From positions 13,572,716 to 13,636,715 of the forward strand of contig CP154954.1 of assembly GCA_039621445.1 (NCBI GenBank): a stretch of 64,000 nucleotides of DNA, in the 5' to 3' direction. A program made the position numbers and the translations under genes. Under the pieces are notes generated by a model that made no database searches, had not been told where the DNA came from, and was given only the letters and a program-made list of their open reading frames with translations. This document shows, piece after piece, positions 1 to 12,069 of this stretch; within the stretch, counting starts at the first letter, position 1; the number at the start of each line of letters is the position of its first letter. This DNA is from Euglena gracilis. Lineage: Eukaryota.

Positions 1-1799
1 AATTTGTCCAACCAACAGCGGGTTTCACACCGCAATTCGGCAGTATGCATTGCTGAAGATGCGCCAAATGTTCCAGGGTCGTGTTTCCATAACCCGATTC
101 TAGGTGCACATGCACCACCACCACCCGTGTCCTTCGTGTTACAATCCGCGATTCCGCGAATTGTGCCACCACTGGCCTTGCCCATAAGCCAAACCCAGTT
201 TTCGGATAAATTTCCCATTATGGGAACCGAATTTTCGGAAAGCACGGCGATTCCCCTAGTCTACACCAAGAAATCCAAATTTCCATACTTGTGCGCAGAA
301 TGAGCCAAACCCGTACCGGGGGTGGCCATATTCCGCGGGGCCTAATGTCAGAATCCTTTTAATTCGCACACAACTTTTGTCGTGAAAATGCCCGACGAAT
401 ACGGAGTGTTTGCGTGATAAAACCCTGACCTCTTTTCACCATATTTTCATGAAAGTTCCAATTAGGATCAGCCTATGCTAGCGCAGGCGACAACGCCAAG
501 GACTTCCTAGTTGGGTGTCAGGCGGGTGTATCTTCCTCTTGGAATTCGTTGATTATCTTTATTCTAACTCAAGATTCAAGCTATTTGATGGACACTGAAT
601 GCATTGGTATTGGATAGTTTGAAGATTGAAGCAGGTATGTCCATCCGAAGGTGTCCTTTTGAAGAATTTTTCTACTGGTCTTTTCTAGTGCATCTGGACC
701 ACTTTCAAAAATGTGGCATTTTCTCCAAAATTTGGTCCCCTGTGTATTAATTTTGAGGGCCACCATCTTGTTTGGCATGTCTTCTGCTGGGGGTCCTATT
801 TTTATGTCTTTTTCTGAGCGTTATCAAGGTTTTCTGGTCGTGTTTTACAGTATTGTAACTTTTGCTGCCATTTCACAGAGCTCCATCTGCAGCTCTCTGT
901 CTTTCGCCTGACGTTTTAAATACATTTTGGCCTTGCATTCCGTGTTTTCTTGCTTTTGTACTTACTTTCCTTCGCCTTCAAACTGCAATTCTGTAAATTG
1001 AACACATTGCATTGCATTGCGTCATGTTTTTTAGTGGTTCCACATTGCATGTCGTCTGTTTGTCTTTCATCCGTCATCCCTGACTCACAGGTTGAAGAGT
1101 GAAGAAACAGAAGATGAACCAAGAAGAGAGTAATGAAGTTAGGGTTTTCAGAATGTTTTTCTCAGGATCATGTGGTGTTTTGCGAAAGAAACACAGGACC
1201 CTGCCGCTGTAAATTGCATCTTCTTTGTTGCGACGTTTGCCTTTCCTTTGGTGCATTCAACAAGGTTGTTTCACTTGTTTGTTTTTGCCAAAAGAACTTT
1301 GGTTGTTCTGCGTTTCAGTTCTGAAAGCTTTCTGTTGAGACCACCCAGTTTGCGGAACACTTTTAGTGCCACAGGTGGAAACCAGTTTTGGTTCCCCAGG
1401 TGGGGACCAATTTTGGTGCCAAGGGTTTTTTTCTTGGGAAGGGGCGGGGGGGTGTTCAAAAGAAATTTATTGGTCCTTTTTATTTCCAGTCCAAAACTGA
1501 AGAGGAATTAGGCCGAATTCAATCCGTTTTTTTTCCAGAGTGGGGCTTTATGGGAGTGAATTCCCGGCAAGCCGGCTTTCGCACCGGTCGCCGGCAACAA
1601 AAACAGTTCAGTTTCTGTCTTTTACTCAATGAAAACGAACTTTTCATGCTCCGACAATTTACTCATTCAATTACGTGACACTTTTCGGCCTTGACTATTC
1701 CAGTACCGGAGTTCCTACTGCTCGCCGTTGAAGCGTCCGCCAGCATGGATGCTGTGATTAAACCTGTCGACCGCAGCCGTCGAGCGTAGTAAAAACCGG

Positions 1800-4330
1800 C
1801 GATGTTGGGCCGTGATGAATTTGCTCCACTTCGAATTTAGGCGCCCCCAGGTACACCGGAAGTAGGCCATATGTTGCATGCGCGACATACCCGTACACCG
1901 GAGAGTCCCTGTGTTACGGGTGTTTGCAACAGGGTTTGCGACCGGATTTTCGGTACCGGGATTCACCCTCACCAGAAAGTTCAGTATTCTGACAATAATC
2001 CGGAAAGGATGCGCTTGGTGCTCGTACATACTCTGGCCCAAAACCACGGAATACCACCGAGGGTCAATGGGTTTCTCAGAAAGACTTTAAGGGCATCATC
2101 GCAATCGCGAATAAGGTGAAACCCCAATGGGACGGCGATCCAGCCACATGGAGACAGTTTTACCGGGACTGGGAGTACTATTGGGCATTGAAAGGACCAA
2201 CCCAGGTCACAAACCCGGAGGTGATCAAGATGGAATTCATTGATTGCCTTCCAAGGGATGAGAAGGAGCGTGTGCGACAACTTGTAATTCGCTACTGCGT
2301 TTCCTTTGATGACCTGGTGGAGAAATACGCTTCCACCAGTTCAAGTTTGGTCGCTAGGATTACCCTAGAAACCAAGTGGCAGCAATGGGCCCCACCCGAT
2401 CGCAAGTGGAAGTCCATTGACCTTTGGTATGCCAAATGGTTGGGACTTGCCGCTGAAGTGGATGAACTAATTGAAAAGCGAATGCACGAACAGTTTGACG
2501 CTGTTCTTATGCATTTCATGCCTAGCCCCATTAAGGGTATCCACTGTGAGGAGTTGACGGGTCACCAATGACTCTTGACCAACGTTGGAACTATGTTTCC
2601 AAGCAGTTGAAGCTATCAGAGCTTCTTGGTCAGATTCAATCCGTTTAACGTACACCCAACCGCTGGATTACCGGCTGGTTCGGTGAACGCATTGCAAAAA
2701 TCACCGGTTTCACCCACTTCACCAAACACGGGATCGAAAACGCAATATCCGCGTTCTTCGGACAAAGCCATGGACAAAGTTTGCTTTTTGTGCAACAAAT
2801 CGGGACATATGTCTCGGGAATGCCCTAATCCTGAAACGCGAAAGCGTATTCAGAGTCCGAGGGGCTCGACCTCATCATGGATGTTCGGGCTCCTCCGCGT
2901 TCTCACACCAATCAGGCAATTCACGGTCATCGGGTTCCCGTTTCGGCGGTATTAGCCCCTGGTTCCCGTTCCGTGATGAGCGGAAACACGGTACCCCTCA
3001 GGGTGGGTCACCCGCTACCCCTGCCAAAGAATCGTAATTCTTATCACGAGACATCGCGATCGCGTTCGCGAAGCGGTCTCATCCTCTTCGCGATCCTCAT
3101 CGGGAAAACCCCGATACACCGGTCATGATCGACGGGATACCCGCTCACCAACACGGTTTGATGGGAAATCAAGAAACCGATCCCACCTGTTACCCAGAAT
3201 CGTGACACAAATCTCGGTGTTCGCTCTGTGGATCGAGTTCTCACCACTCATACAAATGTCCAAGGTCTCGATCTCCCCGCCCTGGCCAACGTCATCGCGG
3301 TATGAATCGCGGCGACAAGGGTTCGCTCCTCCAACCCCCAAAAAGTCGGTTTCAAGATATCTTGTTTGGAGGATGACACCCCGGCTTCGGGCAGGGAGGG
3401 GAGTGAGCCCACGGACACCGATTTGGAGGAGGCCCGCATGGCGGTGCACACGTTGAAATACGTTTATACCTCTAAAAGGCCCAGAGCCGGCTATTCGGCC
3501 GGTTCGGACCTGGACTAGGGGAGCCCAAGGTGCGAGGGCACGGGCCTTTGGGCTGATGAACAGATGGAGGTAGGACCTGATCAACCTATCTGCCTTTCTG
3601 GTCGGTACCCGGAAAAAATTCGGGTCCCCCACCCTCCACTCCAACTTTCCGCTCGGAATGTTGTGCAAAGTAGGAATGGGTTCATGGGAAAGCTGGCAAG
3701 AAAACGTGTTTTTGCCAAGCCCTTCACTTTGCCTACCCCCCATGGAACTTTTGGTCCAAGCGGAAATCAAAATGCAAAATTTTGGTGCAAAAGTTAAAAT
3801 TCTCATTGACACTGGTTGTCGCATTGCACTACTTTTTTGGTTCGGGATGATACCAACTCCCCTCTTGGTGATCAAAATTACGACGGCTGACAACACCCCC
3901 ATGTGCGGTGGTGACTTTTTGGGCATTGTCCTACCCCTCATCCCCAAGCACCACTCACCCCCCCCATCCACGAAATTTTCCGGATACCTGGGAATATGAA
4001 GCCGGAGTTCATGGTTCTGACGTAATTCTGGGATACCTCTTTTTACGTTAGCACCGGCTGGTAGTGGATAACCGCTCCCACGGTTTGCGCACATCACCAT
4101 TCTCTTCATTGCCCTCCAAAACCTCATCACCGGTGGTTTCAACCGCGACGACCACGAATTTTTTCGCACCGTTTCCCAAGACTTTTACCCCGTTACCAAC
4201 CACACCCACAAACGTTTTCCACAACGGGTGTACCGAGAAAGTTCACCCCCTGCGGACTAACTCACCAACTACCGTTCCCCATGAGGCAGGGCAAGCGAGT
4301 AGCGGTACCCCCCTTGTTCCACTGGGTTCC
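1800..4330 (+). pseudogene. Degraded gag and protease of Gypsy element B' (relative of element B)
   Basis: ORFs 2116-2571, 2626-2955 (zinc knuckle CFLCNKSGHMSREC) and 3658-3999 (ILIDTGC) align with 25819-28170 of element B, with several frameshifts. Left boundary approximate. Confidence 0.85.
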
Positions 4331-4689
4331 AAAACGTACGATTTGGAACAGGCGCTCACCCGGAGTACGGGCACAGTACGTTGGCGAGGACTGCGTGTTG
4401 GATTTCCAGCACGGTACGTCCTTGGCTTGGACGTGCACGGTGTGCCACCATGTGCGGCACAACCAACCGTTTGGGCAGTGTGCAAGCGGCAGGTGCAATC
4501 AACAACGTTCCGTCACAGGGAATATGTGCCAAACTGTGTGGCGCTCGTATGTGGCGAGTGCCTGAACGGTTGGAAGCACAGCTTGAACTACTCCTACAGT
4601 GAGAATGCTCACGACAGGGATATCCCTGCTTTGTGCATCAACTGTATGGGTGGCAAGTTCGTGCAGGCTGCAGATAGTGCAGTCACCAC
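4331..4689 (+). pseudogene. 5' part of Cys-rich accessory ORF of element B', interrupted by element A
   Basis: WNRRSPGVRAQYVGE...CTVCH and YVPNCVALVCGEC...LCINC match 36900-37020 and 38370-38560 of element B. Confidence 0.8.
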
Positions 4690-5509
4690 TGTTCGCCAGC
4701 CCCACCCCCTGTGCGCCGCCGGTCGCCCCCGTGACCGGCGAGTCCCGGTGGGCCGAGGGCCCGGGGGGGTCCTCGCCGTCGTGGATAACCACCGACAGCA
4801 GGGGGGTGGGTGTTTCCGGGGTGGGGCCTGCGCTTTCTCGGGGAATTGGTGGGCTCAAGCCAACCCCCATTTTTTCACCCAGATGGTTTCCCCAACCCCA
4901 GCCGGCGCGTAGGATCGTTTTTTCAATGTTTTCCGAAATTTTTGTGAAAAACGAAAAATCTGCCATTTGCAATGAAATCGAACTTTTCTCTCTGAAATCT
5001 CACTTTTCTCTCTTTCTCACTCTCACACCCTCTTGCACAAACCAACCCACAAACCAACCCACTGAAACTGAAATGAATCCCAACCCACTGGAGAAGCAAT
5101 CACACTGTTTGAAATCTGTGAGAGTGACTGAATGTAATGAAAAAAACAACCTGGGGCAAGGAAGAGGGGATAGGGAATAGGAGTGGCGGTGAGGGTGGCG
5201 GTGTTGTAGGGTCTCCTTCAAACCAATCCTTCAATGAATTCAACCAACAATGTAATGCCCAACAATGTAATTGCCAATTCCAATTCAACAATGTGATTGA
5301 TCAAATCCAATTCAATATATTTCCTCTTTGCCAAATAATGGGGAAAACCCCTCAAGTTCTGTGAACAAAAAGAATTTGAAAGGTCTTTGAAATTTGACCC
5401 GCTTCGAATTTAAGTCGCGGGTTTTTTTAACTGGTTGGCTGTTACCCGCGACTTTGAAATTTGCGCTTTCTGGCAATTTTTGGCTGCCGGCGAAAGCCGG
5501 CGGCCGACA
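4690..5509 (-). repeat. 3' LTR of element A
   Basis: Direct repeat of 15927-16746; preceded on the minus strand by PPT AAGGGAGGGGG (5510-5520). Confidence 0.95.
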
Positions 5510-5774
5510 CCCCCTCCCTTGCGACCTTAGTCGGACACCAAAAATTCGCCCCCCCCCCTGCTCACCAAAGAGGGGGGAACTCCTCCAATCGGCACTCCTT
5601 CACCCAAAGCCTATGTCCCACACATGATCCCTTGAACCAACCAAACGGGAAACAAAATTCAGGGACTATGGCTTTCAAGTGCCTTCGCACCATTGGGAAA
5701 GATTCACCAACCAATGGATATTTGGCTGCCCCCCCCCCCGCTTCTCACGGGTGGAATGAGGGTCTTCACCAAGA

Positions 5775-6155
5775 TCTGCCCCCCCCCCTTTCCAACGGGT
5801 CGGGGGATTTTTGGTAAAAATTCGGTTGGCGCCCCCCCCCCTCCTCGGGCCGGGGGGATTTTTGTCAAAAAATCGAGCGCCCCCCCCCCTCCTCGGGCCG
5901 GGGGGATTTTTGTCAAAAAATCGAGCGCCCCCCCCCCCCTCCTCGGGCCGGGGGGATTTTTGTCAAAAAATCGAGCCCCCCCCCCCTCCTCGGGCCGGGG
6001 GGATTTTTGTCAAAATATCAAGCGCCCCCCCCCCTCCTCGGGCCGGGGGGATTTTTGTCAAAAAATGAAGCGCCCCCCCCCCTCCTCGGGCCGGGGGGAT
6101 TTTTAAAATATCAAGCGCCCCCCCCCCCTCCTCGGGCCGGGGGGGATTTTTGTCA
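5775..6155. repeat. Minisatellite, ~48-bp unit, about 7-8 copies, in the 3' UTR of element A
   Basis: Repeated CCCCCCCCTCCTCGGGCCGGGGGGATTTTTGTCAAAAAATCGAGCG. Confidence 0.95.
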
Positions 6156-6639
6156 AATTGAAGGGGGGGCTCAATATGTGACCATGGACTCCCAACCACA
6201 ATGGAATCCCTCATCTCAAAGAATCAATCTCCAAACCCTAACAACACCGGGAGAGAAGAGGAGAGGACGGCAAATATAGGCGCAGTGGGGCGAGTACAAG
6301 TACAAATATAAGTGCGGTGGGGCAAATATAAGCGCAGTGGGGCGAGTACAACAGCAATGAGGCGGCGAATATACTGAGGTGCCCCGGCCCCCTTGTGGGG
6401 CCTTTTTCTCCAATTTCCATTCTCCTTGCCAATTCTTGCATTTGTACATTCTCTCATTTACACGCTCATGCGTGTGTGCGTGCACTCACACCCACACGGA
6501 CGTGCAAATCGGGTTTTTGAATTTTAAAAACAGCACTTTGCCTTCCCATTAGGCTCACGGTAGAGCCTTGGACAGGGCCTTATGGCTCACCTTAGAGCCT
6601 ACGGCCCACCGTCAATTTTAAGTTCGGACATTATGTCCA

Positions 6640-8200
6640 TTTTCACTTTTTTCTCACGGCAATACTTCACAAACTCCCCACTGAACCTGTGAATAAAATT
6701 CCCAGCCGGTTCCCAAGTCTCCTCCCCGTCCTCATATCCGACCTACTTGGTTAAAAATTCCCACTTTCCATCTTTTCCTTTTCGGTGCCTTAGAATTTTT
6801 TACACCTCCCACTCATCAGATAATGCCTCTTCTTCTTTTTCGGTCCGTTTATAATAAAAAAGAGGCACCCCCTTACCTTCCACTTGGGGTTCTCGATATT
6901 CCTTCAAAAAACTCCTATGAGCTTTTCTCTCCACCCCAGGTTTCATTTCGATTACATAACTCCGTTCCCCCTCTCTTCCCTTCACGACCCCAGGTCCCAC
7001 CCACCTAGAGTCAAGCTTCTCACCCGACCCTTCGGGTCTCCTATACCAAACCGTCGTCCCCACCTTTAGGGGTTCCATTTCTTTCCTCCCCTTATTTATC
7101 CTTGCCACCTCCTCCTCATGCTTTTTGTTGAGTATCCTAGCCACCCTCCCATCAATGTCTTGCATCCTTCGGAAAAACTCCACCGAATCCTCACATTCTT
7201 TGGGTGGTTGGTAGGGTACCCCTGCCAATGGTCTTTCCCTTCCAGTCACAATTTCATATGGGCTCAATCTGCTTTCCCCCTTTACGTCATGAATTCGGTC
7301 CAAAACTTGGGGTAAAGCTTCAACCCAATTAATTTTTTCCTCCACATACAATTTTCTCAACACCTCCATTACCTGCTGTCCGGCTCTCTCAACCCTCCCG
7401 TTTGCTTGGTGGTGGTATGCTTGGGAATGTGCTTGCCTAATCCCCAAAAGTGCACACATGTTTTTCCACCAAGTGCTTGTGAAATGGCTCCCTTGGTCAC
7501 TTGAGATGACCGAGGGAACCCCAAAAGGCCTCCACTGATTTTTCACCATTTCCTTAGCCAACTTGGCACCGGTTAATCCCTTGTCCTTGCATGCAACCCC
7601 CACAATCCAACCTGAATGCCTATCCACACAAAGGGCTAGGGTGTCATACTCCCCCCCATCGTGTAAAACCCTTGGCATTCGAAACAAATCGATGGCAACA
7701 CTTGTCATTAGTGCAGGAGGTATGGGTGTGGACTCGATTGGTCCTTTCAAACTCTCCCCCCTCACACTCGCTTGGCATGTGGAACAATTTTTGCTGCAAC
7801 TTTGGTTGAGTTGTTTTGCAGCCTTTTCATCAGCCCAAACAAAACGGATTGCCATGTGTTTCCAAACTTTTTCAGGGCCAACGTGCCCCAAAAACTCGTG
7901 AATTTCCTGAATCACCAAGTGTTGAAAACTTTCAGGCACACACAACTTTTCTTCAAAAAACAATTGACCATTTAGCACTTTGAAACCCTTTGGCCAAATT
8001 GAATCGCCTTTGGTAGCTACCCATTTTTCTTTCAATGTGGGGCATCGGGAATATGCTTCCCCCCAATCACGCTCCCATACGGGCTTAATATCCTTAGGGG
8101 TCGTACTTGGCAGGGCGTCCCCCACTTCCATACGAGTGTCCCCCCTCGAACTTTCAGCCGTCTCCGGGACGGGGGTCGTCTCCCCCCCCCACTTTGTCAT
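6640..8200 (-). CDS. pol: Integrase (HHCC + DDE) followed by a chromodomain carrying two stop codons
   Basis: ORF 6800-8200: IHEFLGH...CSTC, VAIDLF, SSDQGSHF, NGRVER. Past the stop the frame reads WEV*KILRHRKGKDGKWEFLTK*VGYEDGEETWEP. Confidence 0.92.
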
Positions 8201-8924
8201 CCCAAAAATGAACTCGTTTCTTTTCTTTCCTGGGCCCTTGTGAGTGGGTGTCCACAGGGGTGTCTTTTCCTCCTGGGTCTACCCCACCCTCGGTTCCCCT
8301 CCTTGTGCACTCTCCTTTTTCCTCCTCAGATGTTACGTTTTTGCCACTACGGGTTGTCACCCCCCGTATCCAGGCATTACGTAAATTGGGCTGGTTTTTG
8401 ATTCTTATCTCCAAACACTGTTTTTCCTCTTCTTTTTCCTCCCGGATAAAATTTTCCATTTCATCCTTGTCTTCGGCTGACCCATGCTTACTTATATCCC
8501 TTAGGGCCTGTGAAGCTGGGTATGCCCACCGACTAAGGATATCGGCTATGGTATTTTCTTTACCCGGGATATATCCCACCGTCAAATCATACTTGGAGAA
8601 AATTTGGTGCCATCTCGCCCTCCTCCCAACCGGACCACTGGGGGTGTCTAGGACTTCCCTTGTCCAAGACTCCAAACTTTGGTGGTCGGTTAAAACCAAA
8701 ACGGGTTGCAATCCAATCCAACTCTCCCATTTTTGTAGTGCCAAAATTATGGCGTACGTCTCCAACTCCCTGGGGGTCCATTTTCTTTGCCCCTCGGTCA
8801 ATTTTCGAGACATAAAAGCCACTGGCACAGTTTTTTTCTCAATCACATCCTGGGCTGTGGGTCTTCCTCCCCCCTCCTTCATTTGCTCTAACGTTGCCCC
8901 CCACGGCGTACCCACTGGCATCAA
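8154..8924 (-). CDS. pol: RNase H C-terminal part of element A pol (frameshifted)
   Basis: PVAFMSRKL, ELETYAI, LTDHQSL, NTIADILSR motifs. Confidence 0.92.
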   Translation of the reverse strand: MMPVGTPWGATLEQMKEGGGRPTAQDVIEKKTVPVAFMSRKLTEGQRKWTPRELETYAIILALQKWESWIGLQPVLVLTDHQSLESWTREVLDTPSGPVGRRARWHQIFSKYDLTVGYIPGKENTIADILSRWAYPASQALRDISKHGSAEDKDEMENFIREEKEEEKQCLEIRIKNQPNLRNAWIRGVTTRSGKNVTSEEEKGECTRRGTEGGVDPGGKDTPVDTHSQGPRKEKKRVHFWDDKVGGGDDPRPGDG

Positions 8925-11900
8925 CCCTTAGCACAAAGGGTTTATCTGGGTCTACCCGTTGCAACATTAGGCCCGAACACAACCTTTTTTTCAGCTCCTC
9001 AAAAGCTTTTAAATCCTCCCCATCAAATTCCACAGGTTTTCGACTTCCTTTCTTTCCCACCTCCCTGGGGACTTTCAATTTGTCTTGCAACCGGGCAGCT
9101 ACTTCCGCATACATGTGAATGTATGCATTGTAATAATTTGTGAATCCCAAAAAGGCTCTCAAAGCCGTAATTGTTTTCGGAACCTCCCACTTTTCGATCG
9201 CTCGTAGCTTACCCGGTGCTGGCCTCCTAGTCCCGTTTCCTAAAATCTGTCCACAAAATTCGACCTCCTCCACAAAAAGGTTGGCTTTGAATTCATCAGC
9301 CACCAAAAGTTCTGTTTTCAGCACTTCCAACACCCTTCTCAAATCTTTTTCGTGTGCCCCCACCAGATCCTCCCCTTCCCTGACCGTTGTCCCCACCAGT
9401 ATGTCATCTATGTACCCTGTGGCGATATCCCTTACTGGCGTCAAACGGTCATCGATCATTTGCTGAAATTGCTGGGGGGCATTTGTCAAACCCATTACAT
9501 TCACCCTCCACTGAAAAATCCCTTTGGGGGTGAAACAACACGTTATGGGTCGACTTTCTGGGTGTAAGGGTTGTTGGTGAAAAGCTTGCTTCAAATCGAT
9601 GATTGAAAACATTTGGTTTGCACCATGTTTGACCAAAATGTCTTCAATTTTGGGTAGGGGGTAGTTGCATCGCCTTGTTTGGCTGTTTGGCCCCCTGAGG
9701 TCCACCACCCCCCTCCAAGGAAAATCGTTGTATTTTTTTGGAACTGGAAAAGTCTGGGACAGCCATTCAGAATTTTTGGCTGTGGCTGGCTCAATGTATT
9801 TTTTGTCGAGCCAGTCTTGGGTGATTTTCTCAAGTGCCTCTTTCCGCTCACCGTGCATGAAAAAAGGTTTCTGTCTGGTTGGCTTTGCCCCCTCCTTCAA
9901 CGGTATGTATGCATAACCATATTGTCCTCTTTCGGGGGGGTCTGGAAATGGCGATGCCCGAAATACCGTCCCCCTGTAATCTTGCAAAACTTGTTCCCTC
10001 AACTTGACTACCCGTTCCTCCTCTTTTTTGTCCTCCCCCTCCCTTGCAACTATCATTCGGTTGATAACTTGCACTGGGGGGTCACTTCCCTCCAAATTTG
10101 TGGCAACCTCCCCTAGGTCCTCGTCACTCAAAAATTGCAATTCCTGGTCCAACCCTTCCAATGGCAAACAAAGACCAAGTTTTTGCAACCCAAACGAAGA
10201 CCCGTCCGCCACAGTCACATCGTCCACTGAAAAATTTGTGTCATCACTGAATTTTTGCGGACTCCTCTGTCTTTCAACACCCCGCAAAAAAATCAGGTCG
10301 GGGCTGTCTTTTACCAACGCCTTGTGGTGTGGAAAAATTCCCAGTTTTGCCTCCGCCAACCATGGATAAGAAAGAATGGCATCAACTTTAATGTTTGCCT
10401 CATAAAATTCAACCTCATATTGCACACACTCAATTTCCCTTTCCTCATTCCAATTTTGTTGAAGGATCATTTGCACCTTAGCACATCTGCTCCCCCCCGC
10501 CAAAGTTTGCCCATTGGCAGTTTCAAACCTTAACGGGTCCTTAGCAGGATACATTAGGTGGTCCCCTATCAACCCTTGTCGAATGAGGTTTGCCTCCGCC
10601 CCCGTGTCAATCAAAATTCGGACTGTTTTTTCCTCCCCATTGGTCAACCGAATCTGTGTTTTTAACAGCAGTTGTCTGTCCTCCCCGAGTTTCTTTGCTC
10701 CTCCCCGAGTTTTTGTCCCCCTCAACATTCTTTTTTTCAGCCGCACCAATTTTTTCTTCCCTGGGGCTGCCCCCCCCTGGGAGGGTTGCCTTCTATCGAT
10801 CAACAAGGCCCACACCCCCCAACGGGTACCCCTCAAAATCCTCCCATCAGCCTCAAACAACTTTGTCCCCTTGGGAAAATAAATCTTTTTGACAGCCATA
10901 GCCACCAGATTTTTCACCCACCTCCTATTCCAGTCTGGGCAAATACAAATTGCCCGACAATTGGAATTTTGCAATTTTTCAGCCACCTCAGGCCACAAAG
11001 TCCAGGGGGGGTTCATCCACAACGTTTCCTCCTCCCCCCATTCCTTTTTCATGGCATCATCATCCTCCCCATAAAACTTTTCACACCTGGCATTTTGGCT
11101 GGTTGCAAAACAATCCCGTTCCGCCTTAACCCGAAATTCCTTCTCAATTTCCTCCATACAAACTTTCCTAACAGCATAATCCTCCCTACGATATCCGCTT
11201 TTTCGTTCCAACACGGTTAACAAATACTCCACCAGTTGTTTGGGCATCCTCCATTTTTTCTGAGTGCCAACTGTCATTCCATATCCTCCCAACTTTTCTC
11301 GGTGACTCCTCCCCCCAGGAATCAAATTCGGGCAGGTCTGGCCATCACAAAGTTTGTTTTGTAGCTTGCTCAGATTTTCGCTCCCCCAGATTCGGGTGGG
11401 TTTTTGATATCCCCAATCTGAAAATTGACAATAATCAACATCAACAAAAGTCAGATTTTGAACACAGGGTCTTTTTCGAAGCAACCCATGACGGGGATTT
11501 TCAATCCACCACAACTTTGGTTTGAAATATTCGACAATTTCCAAAGTTTTTTTGACCAGCCGATCTGCCCCCTCCAAATTTCTGACTCCCAGTGTTTTGG
11601 CCAAGCTATATTCTGTACAGGGCACCCCCGCAGCGATGATCTGAAAATACCCGGGGGGGTACCTCCAATATCTCCACTCCAAAATATTTGCACAGTGGGT
11701 TGGGTTAAATCTGGGGTTTATGTCCACTGACACAACCTTAAACCCCTGCTCTCTCAGGCAATCCCCAACCGAGCCTTTACCGCAAAAAAGGTCTAAAGCT
11801 CTTTTCTTTACGGAAGGCTGTGCACGATCCCTTATGGGATCTGATTTTTTACAGATTTGGGCCGAGTCACAGATTTGCACGTCACGCATGCACGCACCCG

Positions 11901-12051
11901 ACACACTGGACACACCTTGCACAGAAGTCTCCTGGGATGGCAGATTTTTCATCGTGTTTTCACTCACACGAGATTTTTCTTGCCACCTGGGATTTGTGTA
12001 TGTCTTTGTGTGGGGCTGGGTATGCGAGCCCGGGGCGGCTCCCGCCCCCAA
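8839..12051 (-). CDS. pol: Pol of element A: C5-cytosine MTase, N6-adenine MTase-like domain, aspartic protease, RT, start of RNase H
   Basis: ALDLFCGKG, GVPCTEYS, WIENP, QKPTRIW (~11210-11805); DCFAT...LWMNPPW (~10795-11185); ILIDTGA (~10605); YIDD (~9410); VDAS. Confidence 0.93.
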   Translation of the reverse strand: MGAGAAPGSHTQPHTKTYTNPRWQEKSRVSENTMKNLPSQETSVQGVSSVSGACMRDVQICDSAQICKKSDPIRDRAQPSVKKRALDLFCGKGSVGDCLREQGFKVVSVDINPRFNPTHCANILEWRYWRYPPGYFQIIAAGVPCTEYSLAKTLGVRNLEGADRLVKKTLEIVEYFKPKLWWIENPRHGLLRKRPCVQNLTFVDVDYCQFSDWGYQKPTRIWGSENLSKLQNKLCDGQTCPNLIPGGRSHREKLGGYGMTVGTQKKWRMPKQLVEYLLTVLERKSGYRREDYAVRKVCMEEIEKEFRVKAERDCFATSQNARCEKFYGEDDDAMKKEWGEEETLWMNPPWTLWPEVAEKLQNSNCRAICICPDWNRRWVKNLVAMAVKKIYFPKGTKLFEADGRILRGTRWGVWALLIDRRQPSQGGAAPGKKKLVRLKKRMLRGTKTRGGAKKLGEDRQLLLKTQIRLTNGEEKTVRILIDTGAEANLIRQGLIGDHLMYPAKDPLRFETANGQTLAGGSRCAKVQMILQQNWNEEREIECVQYEVEFYEANIKVDAILSYPWLAEAKLGIFPHHKALVKDSPDLIFLRGVERQRSPQKFSDDTNFSVDDVTVADGSSFGLQKLGLCLPLEGLDQELQFLSDEDLGEVATNLEGSDPPVQVINRMIVAREGEDKKEEERVVKLREQVLQDYRGTVFRASPFPDPPERGQYGYAYIPLKEGAKPTRQKPFFMHGERKEALEKITQDWLDKKYIEPATAKNSEWLSQTFPVPKKYNDFPWRGVVDLRGPNSQTRRCNYPLPKIEDILVKHGANQMFSIIDLKQAFHQQPLHPESRPITCCFTPKGIFQWRVNVMGLTNAPQQFQQMIDDRLTPVRDIATGYIDDILVGTTVREGEDLVGAHEKDLRRVLEVLKTELLVADEFKANLFVEEVEFCGQILGNGTRRPAPGKLRAIEKWEVPKTITALRAFLGFTNYYNAYIHMYAEVAARLQDKLKVPREVGKKGSRKPVEFDGEDLKAFEELKKRLCSGLMLQRVDPDKPFVLRVDASGYAVGGNVRANEGGGRKTHSPGCD

Positions 12052-12069
12052 CGGTCCACCCCGGCTATC

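Noticed and set aside
1-1700. Host gene or 5' LTR of B'
   Set aside because: Only short ORFs with no motifs and no convincing match to the LTR start at 18263; left unannotated.
5775-6155. CRISPR-like array
   Set aside because: Units are contiguous with no unique spacers and there are no cas genes; it is a minisatellite.
10795-11805. Bacterial restriction-modification locus
   Set aside because: The MTases are fused in frame to retroviral-type protease and RT inside an LTR element, with no cognate restriction enzyme.
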